Assembly: GCA_025055355.1 (NCBI GenBank)
Contig: JANWYM010000001.1
Location: 1 to 38,435, forward strand
Direction: 5' to 3'
From: Abditibacteriales bacterium
GTDB lineage: Bacteria; Armatimonadota; Abditibacteriia; Abditibacteriales; JANWYM01
DNA length: 38,435 nt
Shown: positions 16,713 through 26,188 of the stretch, piece by piece
Numbering within the stretch: position 1 is the stretch's first letter
How the letters are laid out: every line of letters begins with the position of its first letter
Program-made: the position numbers and the translations under genes
Notes under the pieces: model-generated
What the model was told of the DNA's origin: nothing
Database searches by the model: none
Seen by the model: the letters and a program-made list of their open reading frames with translations, nothing else

Positions 16713-17183
16713 ATGCCTCGCAAAGGACCTGCGCCGCGCCGCCGGCTGGAGGGCGATCCGGTGTTCGGAAGCGTGATGGCGCAGCGGTTCATTAACTGTT
16801 TAATGAGGAAGGGCAAAAAGAGCGTAGCGGAAAAGATCTTTTATGGCGCGCTGCAGCGCATCGCGGAGCGCACCCATCGCAACCCGCTGGAAGTGCTGGC
16901 GCAAGCCATCCGCAACGTGACGCCTCTGGTGGAAGTGCGCTCCCGCCGCGTTGGGGGAGCCACCTATCAGGTGCCGACCGAGGTGCGCGCTGAGCGCAAA
17001 ATCTCGCTGTCCATCCGCTGGATTCTGCAATACGCGCGCGAGCGGTCGGAAAGAGGCATGATAGAAAAACTGGCGAACGAGATTTTAGACGCCTCGCGTA
17101 ACACGGGCAACGCCATCAAAAAGAAAGAAGAGACGCATCGCATGGCGGAGGCGAATAAAGCCTTCGCCCATTATCGCTGGTAA
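16713..17183 (+). CDS. rpsG: 30S ribosomal protein S7
   Basis: MPRKGPAPRR..., EVRSRRVGGATYQVP, C-terminal AHYRW. 156 aa. Confidence 0.97.
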   Translation: MPRKGPAPRRRLEGDPVFGSVMAQRFINCLMRKGKKSVAEKIFYGALQRIAERTHRNPLEVLAQAIRNVTPLVEVRSRRVGGATYQVPTEVRAERKISLSIRWILQYARERSERGMIEKLANEILDASRNTGNAIKKKEETHRMAEANKAFAHYRW

Positions 17184-17203
17184 AAAAAAAACGTCGGTTC
17201 GAC

Positions 17204-17270
17204 GAGTTCAGGGGGTTCAGGGGGTTCAGGGGGTTGATGGACCCCCCTGAACTCGTGAACCCATGAACTC
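17204..17270. repeat. intergenic hairpin built from TTCAGGGGG x3 (9-mers)
   Basis: Units at 17207-17215, 17216-17224 and 17225-17233. The opposing arm is acccccctgaactcgtgaacccatgaactc (17241-17270). It is preceded by an A10 run (17182-17191) and the mini-stem cgtcg/cgacg. Confidence 0.75.
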
Positions 17271-17279
17271 TAATTGGTC

Positions 17280-19457
17280 GTGGCAAGCGCAAGGTTTCCG
17301 TTAGAAAAAGTCCGTAACATCGGGATTGCTGCGCATATTGACGCGGGTAAGACGACGACGACGGAGCGCATCCTGTTTTACACCGGGCGGGTGCACCGCA
17401 TCGGCGAAGTGGACGACGGCGCGGCAACGATGGACTGGATGCCCCAGGAGCAGGAGCGCGGCATTACCATTACGTCGGCGGCGACGACCTGCTACTGGCG
17501 CGAGCACCGCATCAACATTATTGACACGCCAGGGCACGTGGACTTCACCGTGGAGGTAGAGCGTTCGCTGCGCGTGCTGGATGGGGTGGTGGCGGTGTTT
17601 TGCGGCGTCGGTGGCGTGCAGCCGCAGACGGAAACCGTCTGGCGGCAAGCGAACAAATACGCCGTCCCGCGTATCGCCTACGTCAACAAAATGGACCGCG
17701 TGGGGGCAGACTTTCATAACGTCCTGCACCAGATGCGCGACCGGCTGGGTGCGAAAATCATCGCGCTGCAACTGCCCATCTTTCGAGGCGGCGCGATCGC
17801 CCGCGCCCAGTGGGAAATTACCGAGGGTGACGCCGAGGGTAAGCCGCTGTCGGGCGAAGAGTTCATCGGCGTCGTGGACCTCCTGCGCATGAAGGCGCGC
17901 ATTTACACCGACGACCTCGGCACGGTCAGCGAAGAAACCGACATCCCCGCCGAACTCCAGGAGGCAGCGACGGCGTTCCGTCAATACCTCCTTGAAACGC
18001 TGGCGGAGCGCGACGAGGCGCTCATGGAGAAATACTTCGAAATGGGCGATCTATCCGTCGCGGACCTCCAACAGGCGATTCGCCGCGCTACCATCGCTTG
18101 CGACCTCGTGCCGGTGCTGTGCGGGTCGTCCTTCAAAAACAAGGGGGTTCAACCCTTGTTGGATGCGATCGTTGACTATCTGCCATCGCCGCTGGACGTG
18201 CCGCCCGTCGAGGGGCTGGACCCCAAGAGCGGTCAGTTTATCACCCGCCAAGCCAGCCCTGATGAACCGTTCTCGGCGCTGGCATTTAAGATTCAGACCG
18301 ACCAGCACGTGGGACGATTGACCTACTTCCGCGTTTATTCTGGCACCGTTCGGGAAGGCTCTTATGTTTATAATCCCACCAAGCGCGTCCGCGAGCGCCT
18401 CAGCCGCCTCCTGCGGATGCACGCCAACCGCCGCGAGAAAATCGTCGAAGCCACAGCCGGTGACATCGTCGCCGCCGTCGGACTGAAGGACACCATCACG
18501 GGCAACACGCTCTGTGATGAGCAGCATCCCATCCTCCTCGAAGCCATCGAGTTCCCTGAGCCAGTCATCTTTGCAGCCATTGAGCCGAAGACCAAAGCCG
18601 ACAGCGATAAACTCATTGATACCTTGCAGCGGCTCTGCGACGAAGACCCCACCTTCAAGATGCGCGTCGACCCGGAAACGGGACAGACCATCATCGCCGG
18701 CATGGGGGAACTCCACCTCGAGATCATTGAGGACCGCTTGCGGCGCGAGTTCAACGTGCAGGCGAACGTCGGGCGTCCGCAGGTGGCTTACAAGGAAGCC
18801 ATCACTCAAGTCGCCGAAGCCGAGGGTAAGTTCATCAAGCAGACCGGTGGGCGCGGGCAATATGGTCATGTCATCCTGCGCGTCGAGCCGCTCCTGCCCG
18901 GCGGTGGCTTCCAGTTCGAGAGCCTGGTCGTCGGCGGCGAGGTGCCGCGCGAATACTGGTCCGCCGTCGAGAAGGGTGCGGAAGAAGCGATGGAGTCCGG
19001 CGTGGTGGCCGGCTATCCTCTCATGGACGTCAAAGTCACCCTGTTGGGCGGCTCCTCCCACCCGGTAGACTCGTCGGAAATCGCCTTCAAATTGGCGGCT
19101 CAGGAGGCGTTCCGCAAAGCGGTCCAAAAGGCGCGCCCCATCATCAAAGAGCCGATTATGTCTATGGAAGTCATCACCCCCGAAACGTATATGGGCGATG
19201 TGCTGGGGGACCTCAGCGCGCGGCGGGCGAAAATTGAAAGCATCACCCCTGTGGTCGGCGGGCAGGCGATTCGGGCGCATGTCCCGCTGGCAGAGGTCTT
19301 CGGTTATGCAACCGCGCTGCGCTCCCTGTCGCAGGGGCGGGCGACCTACTCCATGGAGCCCAGCCACTATGAGCAGGTGCCGCCGCCCATCGCCGAGGAC
19401 ATCATCGCCAAAGTACGGGGTCATTATCCTCGTCTCGTGGCGGGAGGGACTCACTGA
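17280..19457 (+). CDS. fusA: elongation factor G
   Basis: [27 protein letters not shown], domain [16 protein letters not shown] and [11 protein letters not shown] 17280 is preferred over TTG 17274 by N-terminal alignment. No clear SD. About 22-aa insertion [25 protein letters not shown]. Confidence 0.95.
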   Translation: MASARFPLEKVRNIGIAAHIDAGKTTTTERILFYTGRVHRIGEVDDGAATMDWMPQEQERGITITSAATTCYWREHRINIIDTPGHVDFTVEVERSLRVLDGVVAVFCGVGGVQPQTETVWRQANKYAVPRIAYVNKMDRVGADFHNVLHQMRDRLGAKIIALQLPIFRGGAIARAQWEITEGDAEGKPLSGEEFIGVVDLLRMKARIYTDDLGTVSEETDIPAELQEAATAFRQYLLETLAERDEALMEKYFEMGDLSVADLQQAIRRATIACDLVPVLCGSSFKNKGVQPLLDAIVDYLPSPLDVPPVEGLDPKSGQFITRQASPDEPFSALAFKIQTDQHVGRLTYFRVYSGTVREGSYVYNPTKRVRERLSRLLRMHANRREKIVEATAGDIVAAVGLKDTITGNTLCDEQHPILLEAIEFPEPVIFAAIEPKTKADSDKLIDTLQRLCDEDPTFKMRVDPETGQTIIAGMGELHLEIIEDRLRREFNVQANVGRPQVAYKEAITQVAEAEGKFIKQTGGRGQYGHVILRVEPLLPGGGFQFESLVVGGEVPREYWSAVEKGAEEAMESGVVAGYPLMDVKVTLLGGSSHPVDSSEIAFKLAAQEAFRKAVQKARPIIKEPIMSMEVITPETYMGDVLGDLSARRAKIESITPVVGGQAIRAHVPLAEVFGYATALRSLSQGRATYSMEPSHYEQVPPPIAEDIIAKVRGHYPRLVAGGTH

Positions 19458-19465
19458 CGATTGAA

Positions 19466-19530
19466 GGTTAGCACGTTCGCATGTTCAACGTCTCAACGTG
19501 CCAACGTGCCAACGTTCGGATGTTCCAACC
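19466..19530. repeat. intergenic tandem-unit element, CAACGTG family (8-mers x4)
   Basis: Starts with ggttagcacgtt at 19466. The four 8-mers tcaacgtc/tcaacgtg/ccaacgtg/ccaacgtt lie at 19485-19516, flanked by the direct repeat acgttcg[c/g]atgttc. The ACGT cores allow many pairings. Confidence 0.7.
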
Positions 19531-19550
19531 GAATTAAAGGAGACCATAGC

Positions 19551-20753
19551 ATGGCACGCGCAAAATTTGAGCGGACGAAGCCGCACGTGAACGTCGGCAC
19601 CATCGGACACATTGACCACGGCAAAACCACCCTAACCGCCGCCATCACCCAAGTGCTGGCGACGAAGGGACTGGCGCAACCCAAAACCTACGACGAAGTC
19701 GCCAAAGCCGACGCGAAGATGTTCCGACGCGACGCCACCAAAATTCTGACCGTCGCCATTGCGCACGTGGAATACGAGACCGAGAAGCGGCACTACGCAC
19801 ACATTGACTGTCCGGGGCACCATGACTACATCAAAAACATGATTACGGGGGCGGCGCAGATGGATGGGGCGATTCTGGTGGTGGGCGCCGACGACGGACC
19901 GATGCCGCAGACGCGGGAGCATATTCTGCTGGCGCGGCAGGTGAACGTGCCCTACATCGTGGTGTTTTTGAACAAGATAGACAAAGTCGATGACCCGGAG
20001 TTGGTGGATTTGGTGGAGTTAGAGGTGCGGGAGTTGTTGAGCAAGTATGGGTTTCCGGGCGATGAGGTGCCGGTGGTGCGGGGGTCAGCGGCGGCGGCGT
20101 TGGCGGACCCGACGGGGGAGGGGGGCAGGGCGATATGGGAGTTAATGGAGGCGGTGGACACGCATGTGCCCGACCCGGTGCGGGAGGTGGACAAGCCGTT
20201 TCTGCTGAGCATCGAGGACGTGTTTTCGATTCAGGGGCGTGGGACGGTGGTGACGGGGCGCGTGGAGCGGGGGAAGTTGCGGTTGGGGGAAGAGGTGGAG
20301 GTGGTGGGGCTGCGGGAGACGCGGAAGACGGTGTGCACGGGGATCGAGATGTTCCACAAGAGCATGGACGAGTGTGAGGCGGGGGACAACGTGGGTTTAT
20401 TGCTGCGTGGGGTGGGGCGGGAGGATGTGGAGCGGGGGCAAGTGGTGGCGAAGCCGGGGAGCATCACGCCGCACACGCGGTTTGAGGCGGAGGTGTATGT
20501 GTTAAGCAAGGAGGAGGGGGGACGGCACACGCCGTTTTTCAACGGTTATCGGCCGCAGTTTTACTTTCGGACGACGGACGTGACGGGTGCGTTGACGTTG
20601 CCGGCGGGGGTGGAGATGGTGATGCCGGGGGACAACGTGACGATGAGCATTGGGTTGATTTCGCCGATTGCGATGGAGGAGGGTTTGCGGTTTGCGATTC
20701 GGGAGGGAGGACGGACGGTGGGCGCGGGGGTGGTCACCAAGGTGATTGAGTAA
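19551..20753 (+). CDS. tuf: elongation factor Tu (non-canonical switch-I segment)
   Basis: [36 protein letters not shown] and a canonical domain 2/3. AAAGGAG 19536-19542. 400 aa. Confidence 0.95.
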   Translation: MARAKFERTKPHVNVGTIGHIDHGKTTLTAAITQVLATKGLAQPKTYDEVAKADAKMFRRDATKILTVAIAHVEYETEKRHYAHIDCPGHHDYIKNMITGAAQMDGAILVVGADDGPMPQTREHILLARQVNVPYIVVFLNKIDKVDDPELVDLVELEVRELLSKYGFPGDEVPVVRGSAAAALADPTGEGGRAIWELMEAVDTHVPDPVREVDKPFLLSIEDVFSIQGRGTVVTGRVERGKLRLGEEVEVVGLRETRKTVCTGIEMFHKSMDECEAGDNVGLLLRGVGREDVERGQVVAKPGSITPHTRFEAEVYVLSKEEGGRHTPFFNGYRPQFYFRTTDVTGALTLPAGVEMVMPGDNVTMSIGLISPIAMEEGLRFAIREGGRTVGAGVVTKVIE

Positions 20754-20777
20754 TTGAGTCGTGGAGGGGAGACACTT

Positions 20778-21086
20778 ATGGCAGGTGAAAAGATTCGCAT
20801 CCGTTTGAGAGCATTTGACCACAAGTTACTCGACCAATCCGCTGAGCAGATCGTGGACACGGCGAAGCGCACTGAGGCAAAGGTCGCCGGTCCCGTGCCG
20901 CTGCCGACGGAGCGCAACGTTTACTGCGTTATTCGTTCGCCGTTCGTGGACAAAGAGTCCATGGAGCATTTTGAAATCCGCACCCACAAACGGCTGATTG
21001 ACATCCTTGACCCCACCCCGCAGACGGTCAATGAACTCATGCGCCTTGACCTGCCCAGCGGCGTGGACATCGAAATCAAACTGTAG
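20778..21086 (+). CDS. rpsJ: 30S ribosomal protein S10
   Basis: [21 protein letters not shown]...GPVPLPT. GGAGGGGA upstream. Confidence 0.97.
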   Translation: MAGEKIRIRLRAFDHKLLDQSAEQIVDTAKRTEAKVAGPVPLPTERNVYCVIRSPFVDKESMEHFEIRTHKRLIDILDPTPQTVNELMRLDLPSGVDIEIKL

Positions 21087-21183
21087 TTAAGGCTTAAGGG
21101 TTAGCACGTGGCCCCGGGGGCAGGTTGGCACGCTCAACCGGTCAACCCGCCAACGGGGCAACTCTCCACCCTTAGTCCTTAAC
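21086..21183. repeat. intergenic hairpin, GGTTAAGG family, with GGGTTAGCACGT motif inside
   Basis: gttaaggcttaagggt (21086-21101) pairs with acccttagtccttaac (21168-21183), 16 bp with a 2x2 internal loop. Interior motifs are gggttagcacgtg (21098) and the palindrome gccccgggggc. Confidence 0.75.
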
Positions 21184-21196
21184 CGTGTGACTTGTC

Positions 21197-21877
21197 ATGC
21201 CAGTCAGTGGACTTTTAGGGCGAAAAGTTGGGATGACCACCGTGTTCAGCGAGGAGGGGCAGGCGATTCCCGTGACGGTGATTGCGGCTGGTCCATGCAC
21301 GGTGACGCAACTGCGGACGATCGAGAGAGACGGCTACCGCGCCGTGCAGTTAGGGTTTGAGGACTACCCGACTCCGCGCCGTCGGGAAGGCGGTAACGTG
21401 CCGCGCGGGCGCGCCGGGCATCGGGCCAAGGGTCAGCCCAACCGCCCGACGCGGGTGCGCTTTGAAAAAATCGGTATCCCGCCTAAGCGGGTCCTCCAAG
21501 AGTTTGCTTTGACCGGTGAGAAGGACGTGGCGGTGAGGATGGAGATCAAAGTCGCCGACCTGTTCAAAGTGGGGGACAGGGTCAAGGTGCAAGGCACCTC
21601 CAAAGGGCGCGGGTTCGCGGGCGTCATTCGGCGTCACCACTTTCACGGCCAACCTGCGTCGCACGGCTCAAAAATTCACCGCAAACCGGCGTCTATCGGT
21701 GACACCAACCCGGCGCGCGTCATCAAGGGCAAGCGGATGCCCGGCCACATGGGCAATGAAAAGGTCACCGTGCGCAACCTGCAGGTGGTGGAGGTGGATG
21801 CCGAGCGCAACCTGCTGCTTGTGCGCGGCGCGGTGCCTGGGGCGCGGGGCGGACTGCTGCGGATTGAGCGGGATTGA
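21197..21877 (+). CDS. rplC: 50S ribosomal protein L3
   Basis: GLLGRKVGMTTVF...IPVTVI, FKGRGFAGVIRRHHF. An extra R/P-rich segment lies near residues 60-85. No visible SD. Confidence 0.95.
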   Translation: MPVSGLLGRKVGMTTVFSEEGQAIPVTVIAAGPCTVTQLRTIERDGYRAVQLGFEDYPTPRRREGGNVPRGRAGHRAKGQPNRPTRVRFEKIGIPPKRVLQEFALTGEKDVAVRMEIKVADLFKVGDRVKVQGTSKGRGFAGVIRRHHFHGQPASHGSKIHRKPASIGDTNPARVIKGKRMPGHMGNEKVTVRNLQVVEVDAERNLLLVRGAVPGARGGLLRIERD

Positions 21878-21888
21878 CCTTATAGAGG

Positions 21889-21946
21889 GAGGGTTAAGGG
21901 TGGATGGTGACAGGAGCGACTTTTAACCTTGCACCTCTTAACCCTC
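21889..21946. repeat. intergenic hairpin, GGTTAAGGG family
   Basis: gagggttaagggtg (21889-21902) pairs with cacctcttaaccctc (21932-21946). Confidence 0.7.
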
Positions 21947-21962
21947 AACTTCGGGTTTTATC

Positions 21963-22591
21963 ATGCCAGAACTGAACGTTTATAACTTGAGCCACGAGGT
22001 CGTCGGCACGGTTCACGTGAGTGACGCGGTGGCGGGCGCGCCGGTCAATGTGCCGCTGGTGCATCAGGTCGTCGTCGCCAACCAGGCGGGGCGGCGACAG
22101 GGCACGCGCAAGACCAAAGGGCGCGGCGAGGTGCGCGGCGGGGGGCGGAAACCCTTCCGCCAGAAGGGCTTGGGGCGCGCACGGCACGGGTCGCGGCGGG
22201 AACCCCAGTGGGTCGGGGGCGGCACGGTGCATGGACCGCAGCCGCAGGACTCCACCAGCGCACACCCCGCCAGATGCGGCAGGCGGCGTGGCTGGCGGCG
22301 TTTGCCTCCAAACTGTCCGCCGACGCTGTGTCCGTCGTGGACGGTTTGAACCTAACCGAATACGACACCAAACGGGTGGTGGAGATCCTCCGCACCTTTG
22401 ACGCGATAGACCAGAAGGTGTTGATTCTCACGTTATCGCCCAACGAGTTTCTCGTGAAATCCGCCGCCAATCTGCCCCGCGTGAGAGTGCAGGACCTTAA
22501 GTTCACGGACGTCGTAGACCTGCTGCACGCCGACCGCGTGTTGACGACGCGCGAGGTGCTGCAAGCGATCGAAAGGAAGGGGGCGGCATGA
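21963..22591 (+). CDS. rplD: 50S ribosomal protein L4, reading frame broken by a 1-nt frameshift near 22250
   Basis: Frame A (21963-) gives ...[43 protein letters not shown]. Frame B (to 22591) gives [21 protein letters not shown]... Together they form a normal L4. The stop overlaps the rplW start (ATGA). Confidence 0.85.
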
Positions 22592-22884
22592 AGAGCATTG
22601 ACAAAATTATTGACCGCCCGCTCATCACCGAGAAGACGATGGCGCTGGCGAAGCAAAACAAGTATACCTTTCGCGTGTTTCCCGACGCCAACAAGATCGA
22701 GATTCGGGACGCAATTCAGCAGGCGTTCAACGTCAAGGTGCTGAAGGTCAACGTCATCAACGTAAAGGGGAAAACCAAAGCGATGCGCTACCGTCGCTTC
22801 CGTGAGGGGCGCACAGCGGACTGGAAGAAAGCTATCGTCACCGTCGCACCCGGACAGCGCATCCCCATCTTCGAGGGACTGTGA
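22588..22884 (+). CDS. rplW: 50S ribosomal protein L23
   Basis: [14 protein letters not shown]...[18 protein letters not shown]. 98 aa. Confidence 0.95.
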   Translation: MKSIDKIIDRPLITEKTMALAKQNKYTFRVFPDANKIEIRDAIQQAFNVKVLKVNVINVKGKTKAMRYRRFREGRTADWKKAIVTVAPGQRIPIFEGL

Positions 22885-22945
22885 TGGCGAGGCGAAGCGT
22901 CAATGGTTCATGGTCAATACTGAACGGTGTGTGAACGACGAGCAG

Positions 22946-22983
22946 GTCGCAACTGGCTGGAGGGCTGGTCAACCAATTGTGAC
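22946..22983. repeat. intergenic hairpin, GTCACAATTGG family (degenerate left arm)
   Basis: gtcgcaactgg (22946-22956) pairs with ccaattgtgac (22973-22983). The 13-mer ccaattgtgactt is shared with 1231-1243. Confidence 0.55.
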
Positions 22984-23000
22984 TTGCTAACCAAGCAGCC

Positions 23001-23834
23001 ATGCCGATTAAGACTTTCAAGCCCACCTCGCCCGCGCGGCGACACATGACGGGCTATACGTTTGAGGAACTGACGAAGAAGCGCCCAGAGAAATCTTTGA
23101 CCGAGCCGCTGAAGAAACACGCCGGGCGCAACAATCAGGGACGGATCACGACGCGGCACCGAGGGGGCGGACACAAGCGTCTGTATCGCCTCATTGACTT
23201 CAAGCGGCGCAAAGATGGCGTGCCGGCGAAGGTCATCGCGCTGGAGTATGACCCGAACCGTTCGGCGCGGATCGCGCTGCTGCAGTATGAGGATGGTGAG
23301 AAGCGTTACATCATCGCGCCCCTGGGGTTGAGCGTGGGGGACACGGTGGAGTCCGGCGCCGACGTCGACATCAAGCCGGGCAACGCCCTGCCGCTGGAGC
23401 GCATCCCCGTCGGGACGACGATTCACAACATCGAACTCACCCCGGGCAAGGGGGGACAGTTGGTGCGCTCTGCGGGTAGTTCGGCGCAACTGGTGGCAAA
23501 AGAGGGCAACTACGCGCATATCAAGTTGCCCTCCGGCGAGGTGCGGCTCGTGCTCCTCAGTTGCCGCGCGACCATCGGGCAGGTGGGTAACACCGAGCAC
23601 GAAAACATCGTCATCGGCAACGCGGGGCGCAAGCGGCACATGGGCATCCGCCCGACCGTGCGCGGCAAAGCCATGCCCCCAGACTCCCACCCGCACGGGG
23701 GCGGCGAGGGACGCAACCCCGTGGGACGGAGGAAAACCGGTCCCACCAGCGCCACCGGCGTTCCCGCTATCGGCTACAAGACGCGCAAAAAAAAGAAAAA
23801 GTCGGATCGGTTGATTGTGAAGAGGAGAAAGTGA
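23001..23834 (+). CDS. rplB: 50S ribosomal protein L2
   Basis: [23 protein letters not shown], the SAG..A segment, HPHGGGEG. 277 aa. Confidence 0.97.
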   Translation: MPIKTFKPTSPARRHMTGYTFEELTKKRPEKSLTEPLKKHAGRNNQGRITTRHRGGGHKRLYRLIDFKRRKDGVPAKVIALEYDPNRSARIALLQYEDGEKRYIIAPLGLSVGDTVESGADVDIKPGNALPLERIPVGTTIHNIELTPGKGGQLVRSAGSSAQLVAKEGNYAHIKLPSGEVRLVLLSCRATIGQVGNTEHENIVIGNAGRKRHMGIRPTVRGKAMPPDSHPHGGGEGRNPVGRRKTGPTSATGVPAIGYKTRKKKKKSDRLIVKRRK

Positions 23835-23901
23835 CCAGTGACCAGTGACCAGTGGGCTGATTACTGATGACTGGTTAATCATTACTGGTCACTGGTCACT
23901 G
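23831..23901. repeat. intergenic hairpin, GTGACCA x3 / TGGTCAC x2 (heptamers)
   Basis: gtgaccagtgaccagtgaccagtg (23831-23854, containing the rplB TGA) pairs with ctggtcactggtcac (23885-23899). It is a near-copy of 29071-29134. Confidence 0.85.
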
Positions 23902-23910
23902 AGGGTTGTC

Positions 23911-24195
23911 ATGGCTCGCTCGATCAAAAAAGGTCCTTACGCGGACCCGAAACTGCTGGCCAAGATTAACGAGATGAACGAGCGCAACGAGAAGCGCATC
24001 GTGCGCACCTGGTCGCGCCGTTCGACCATCTTCCCGGAGATGATTGGGCATACCATCGCCGTTTACGATGGGAGGAAGCATGTGCCAATTTACATCACCG
24101 AGGCGATGGTCGGACACAAGTTAGGTGAGTTCGCGCCGACGCGCATGTTCCGTCGGCATGGGGCGCATACGGAGCGGTCCACGGCGCTGACGTAA
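23911..24195 (+). CDS. rpsS: 30S ribosomal protein S19
   Basis: [37 protein letters not shown]. Confidence 0.97.
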   Translation: MARSIKKGPYADPKLLAKINEMNERNEKRIVRTWSRRSTIFPEMIGHTIAVYDGRKHVPIYITEAMVGHKLGEFAPTRMFRRHGAHTERSTALT

Positions 24196-24201
24196 TCAAT
24201 G

Positions 24202-24226
24202 GGTTGAACGTGTTGACGCGTTGACC
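24202..24226. repeat. short tandem GTTGA(N)CG units
   Basis: ggttgaacgtgttgacgcgttgacc. This is a direct repetition only; no convincing opposing arm. Confidence 0.4.
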
Positions 24227-24255
24227 GATGGAGCAGTGGATGGGAGGTGTTGAGG

Positions 24256-24597
24256 ATGGCAAGAGCAGTTCTACGCCATGTGCGGATGTCGCCCTTCAAG
24301 GTGCGGCGCGTCGCCAATCTGGTGCGGGGTAAATCGGTGGATGAGGCGCAGCGCATCCTCGCCGTCAGCCCGCAGCGGGCGAGCGGGGTGCTGGCGAAGG
24401 TCATCAAGTCGGCGGCGGCGAACGCGGAGACCAACGAACAACTCGACCGCGAATCGCTGTATATCACCGCAATCTATGTGGATGAAGGTCCGACGTGGAA
24501 GCGCTTTCTGCCACGGGCGCGGGGGCGCGCGGACCGCATCCTCAAGCGCACGAGTCATATCACCGTCGTGGTGGACGAAAGGGAAGGGAGCGTTTAA
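24256..24597 (+). CDS. rplV: 50S ribosomal protein L22
   Basis: [48 protein letters not shown] about 9 nt upstream. Confidence 0.95.
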   Translation: MARAVLRHVRMSPFKVRRVANLVRGKSVDEAQRILAVSPQRASGVLAKVIKSAAANAETNEQLDRESLYITAIYVDEGPTWKRFLPRARGRADRILKRTSHITVVVDEREGSV

Positions 24598-25421
24598 TGG
24601 GACAGAAGGTGCATCCCTACGGACTCCGCCTCGGCATCAACAAACCGTGGCTGAGTCGTTGGTATCCGACGGCGCAGGGGCGCTCACGCTGGTCGAGTTA
24701 TCGGGACTTGCTGTTGGAGGACATGCGCATCCGCGATTACGTCATCTGGCACGTTAAGGAGCGCCCTAAAGCGCAGGCGCAGGTGGCTCGCGCCACGCAG
24801 GACCGCCGCCAGCGAACGGAACGCGCGATGGACCCCGCCCTGTCGCGCGTGGAGATCGAGCGGGCGGCGAACCGCGTCAACGTCATTCTGCACACCGCCA
24901 AGCCCGGTGTCGTCATCGGTCAGCGGGGGCGCGAGGTCGAAGAGTTGCAGAAGGCGCTACAAAACCTGACGAAAAAAGACGTGCGCATCAACGTGCAGGA
25001 GGTGCAGAACCCCGACCTGGACGCGCAGTTGGTGGCGGAGAACGTCGCGGCGCAGATCGAGCGGCGCATTCCCTTCCGCCGCGCCATGCGCCAGACGGTC
25101 AACCGCAGCATGGAGCGGGGCGCAAAGGGCGTGAAGATTATCGCCTCGGGGCGGCTGGGCGGTAATGAGATGTCCCGCCACGAGGAGGTCAAGGCGGGCA
25201 AAATTCCCCTGCACACCCTGCGGGCGGACATTGATTATGGCTTCGCGGAAGCCAAGACGACTTACGGGAACATCGGGATTAAGTGTTGGATTTATCGGGG
25301 TGATATTATCCCTGGCATGGAAGGCGGCGTGCAAGACACCGCGCGCGCCCGCGCCTCCGCGCGCGCCCGCGTGGTGGAGGATGAGGAGGGCGAGAGCGAT
25401 GTTGATGCCCCAAAAGGTTAA
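24597..25421 (+). CDS. rpsC: 30S ribosomal protein S3 (with internal insertion and acidic C-terminal tail)
   Basis: [20 protein letters not shown] domain [27 protein letters not shown], and the GRLGG..M region. The start overlaps the rplV stop (TAATG). About 25 extra aa ([28 protein letters not shown]). Confidence 0.95.
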   Translation: MGQKVHPYGLRLGINKPWLSRWYPTAQGRSRWSSYRDLLLEDMRIRDYVIWHVKERPKAQAQVARATQDRRQRTERAMDPALSRVEIERAANRVNVILHTAKPGVVIGQRGREVEELQKALQNLTKKDVRINVQEVQNPDLDAQLVAENVAAQIERRIPFRRAMRQTVNRSMERGAKGVKIIASGRLGGNEMSRHEEVKAGKIPLHTLRADIDYGFAEAKTTYGNIGIKCWIYRGDIIPGMEGGVQDTARARASARARVVEDEEGESDVDAPKG

Positions 25422-25827
25422 GTATCGCAAGATGCATCGCGGGCGGCGACGGGGCAAGGCGGCGCGCGGCAATACCATCGCGTTCGGTGAGTATGCCCTG
25501 CAAGCCTTAGAGCCCTGCTGGCTGACCTCGCGGCAGATTGAGTCCGCCCGCGTGGCGATGACGTCCTACATCAAGCGCGGGGGGAAGGTGTGGATTCGGG
25601 TTTTCCCTGCCAAGTCGGTGTCGAAAAAGCCGGCGGAAACCCGCATGGGAGGGGGCAAGGGCGCCCCCGAATACTGGGTCGCCGTCGTCCAGCCCGGGCG
25701 CGTGTTGTTTGAAATGGCGGGCGTCAATGCGGCGGTTGCCCGCGAAGCCATGCGCCGCGCCGCCTACAAGTTGCCCATCAAAACTAAGTTCATCCAACGG
25801 GAGGAAACGACCGATGGCGCTGAATAA
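25399..25827 (+). CDS. rplP: 50S ribosomal protein L16
   Basis: [38 protein letters not shown]. Overlaps the rpsC end by 23 nt. Confidence 0.95.
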   Translation: MLMPQKVKYRKMHRGRRRGKAARGNTIAFGEYALQALEPCWLTSRQIESARVAMTSYIKRGGKVWIRVFPAKSVSKKPAETRMGGGKGAPEYWVAVVQPGRVLFEMAGVNAAVAREAMRRAAYKLPIKTKFIQREETTDGAE

Positions 25828-26038
25828 ACATACCCTCAACGAGGAACGCAAACGTCTGCGCACCGCCAGCACGGAAGAGTTGCGCGCCGAGTTGGCGGCG
25901 GCGCGGCGCGAACTGGTCACCCTGCGCTATCAGTTGGCGCAGGCGGGCGGGCAGTTGGAAAACCCCATGCGCATCCGTCACACGCGCAAGCGCATTGCCC
26001 GGATTCATACGGTGTTGAGGGAGAGGAATGAAGGCTAA
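25814..26038 (+). CDS. rpmC: 50S ribosomal protein L29
   Basis: The L29 consensus region reads [50 protein letters not shown]. Overlaps the rplP end. Confidence 0.9.
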   Translation: MALNKHTLNEERKRLRTASTEELRAELAAARRELVTLRYQLAQAGGQLENPMRIRHTRKRIARIHTVLRERNEG

Positions 26039-26179
26039 TGGTTAATGGTTGAGAGCCTCTCCGAAAGTAACGCAGGTTTCCCGCCTGCCTCAAGTGCCGC
26101 CAAGATGTCGGCGCTACGCGGTCTTCGGAGAGGCTCTAAGAGGCCGGGAAGCCGTTGAGCCTCAACCATCAACCATGCC
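26033..26179. repeat. composite nested hairpin: TAATGGT-unit outer arms plus an inner 12-bp perfect stem element
   Basis: Outer arms ggctaatggttaatggttgag (26033-26053) and ctcaaccatcaaccatgcc (26161-26179). Inner arms agcctctccgaa (26054-26065) and ttcggagaggct (26124-26135). gttgag is repeated at 26048 and 26154. Confidence 0.75.
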
Positions 26180-26188
26180 GTTTTGCCG

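Noticed and set aside
18051-19454. 467-aa ORF on the minus strand
   Set aside because: Antisense shadow of fusA with no recognisable domain. The same reasoning applies to 17301-17984 (-).
19461-19550. N-terminal extension of tuf (ORF track starts at 19461)
   Set aside because: The extension is translated from the CAACGTG repeat. A canonical [12 protein letters not shown] start with AAAGGAG lies at 19551. The same logic removes the repeat-derived extensions of rpsS, rplX, rpsH, rplO, rpsM, rpsK, rpsD and rplR.
22914-23882. 322-aa ORF on the minus strand
   Set aside because: Antisense shadow of rplB. It is low-complexity and Arg/Gly/Ala-rich.
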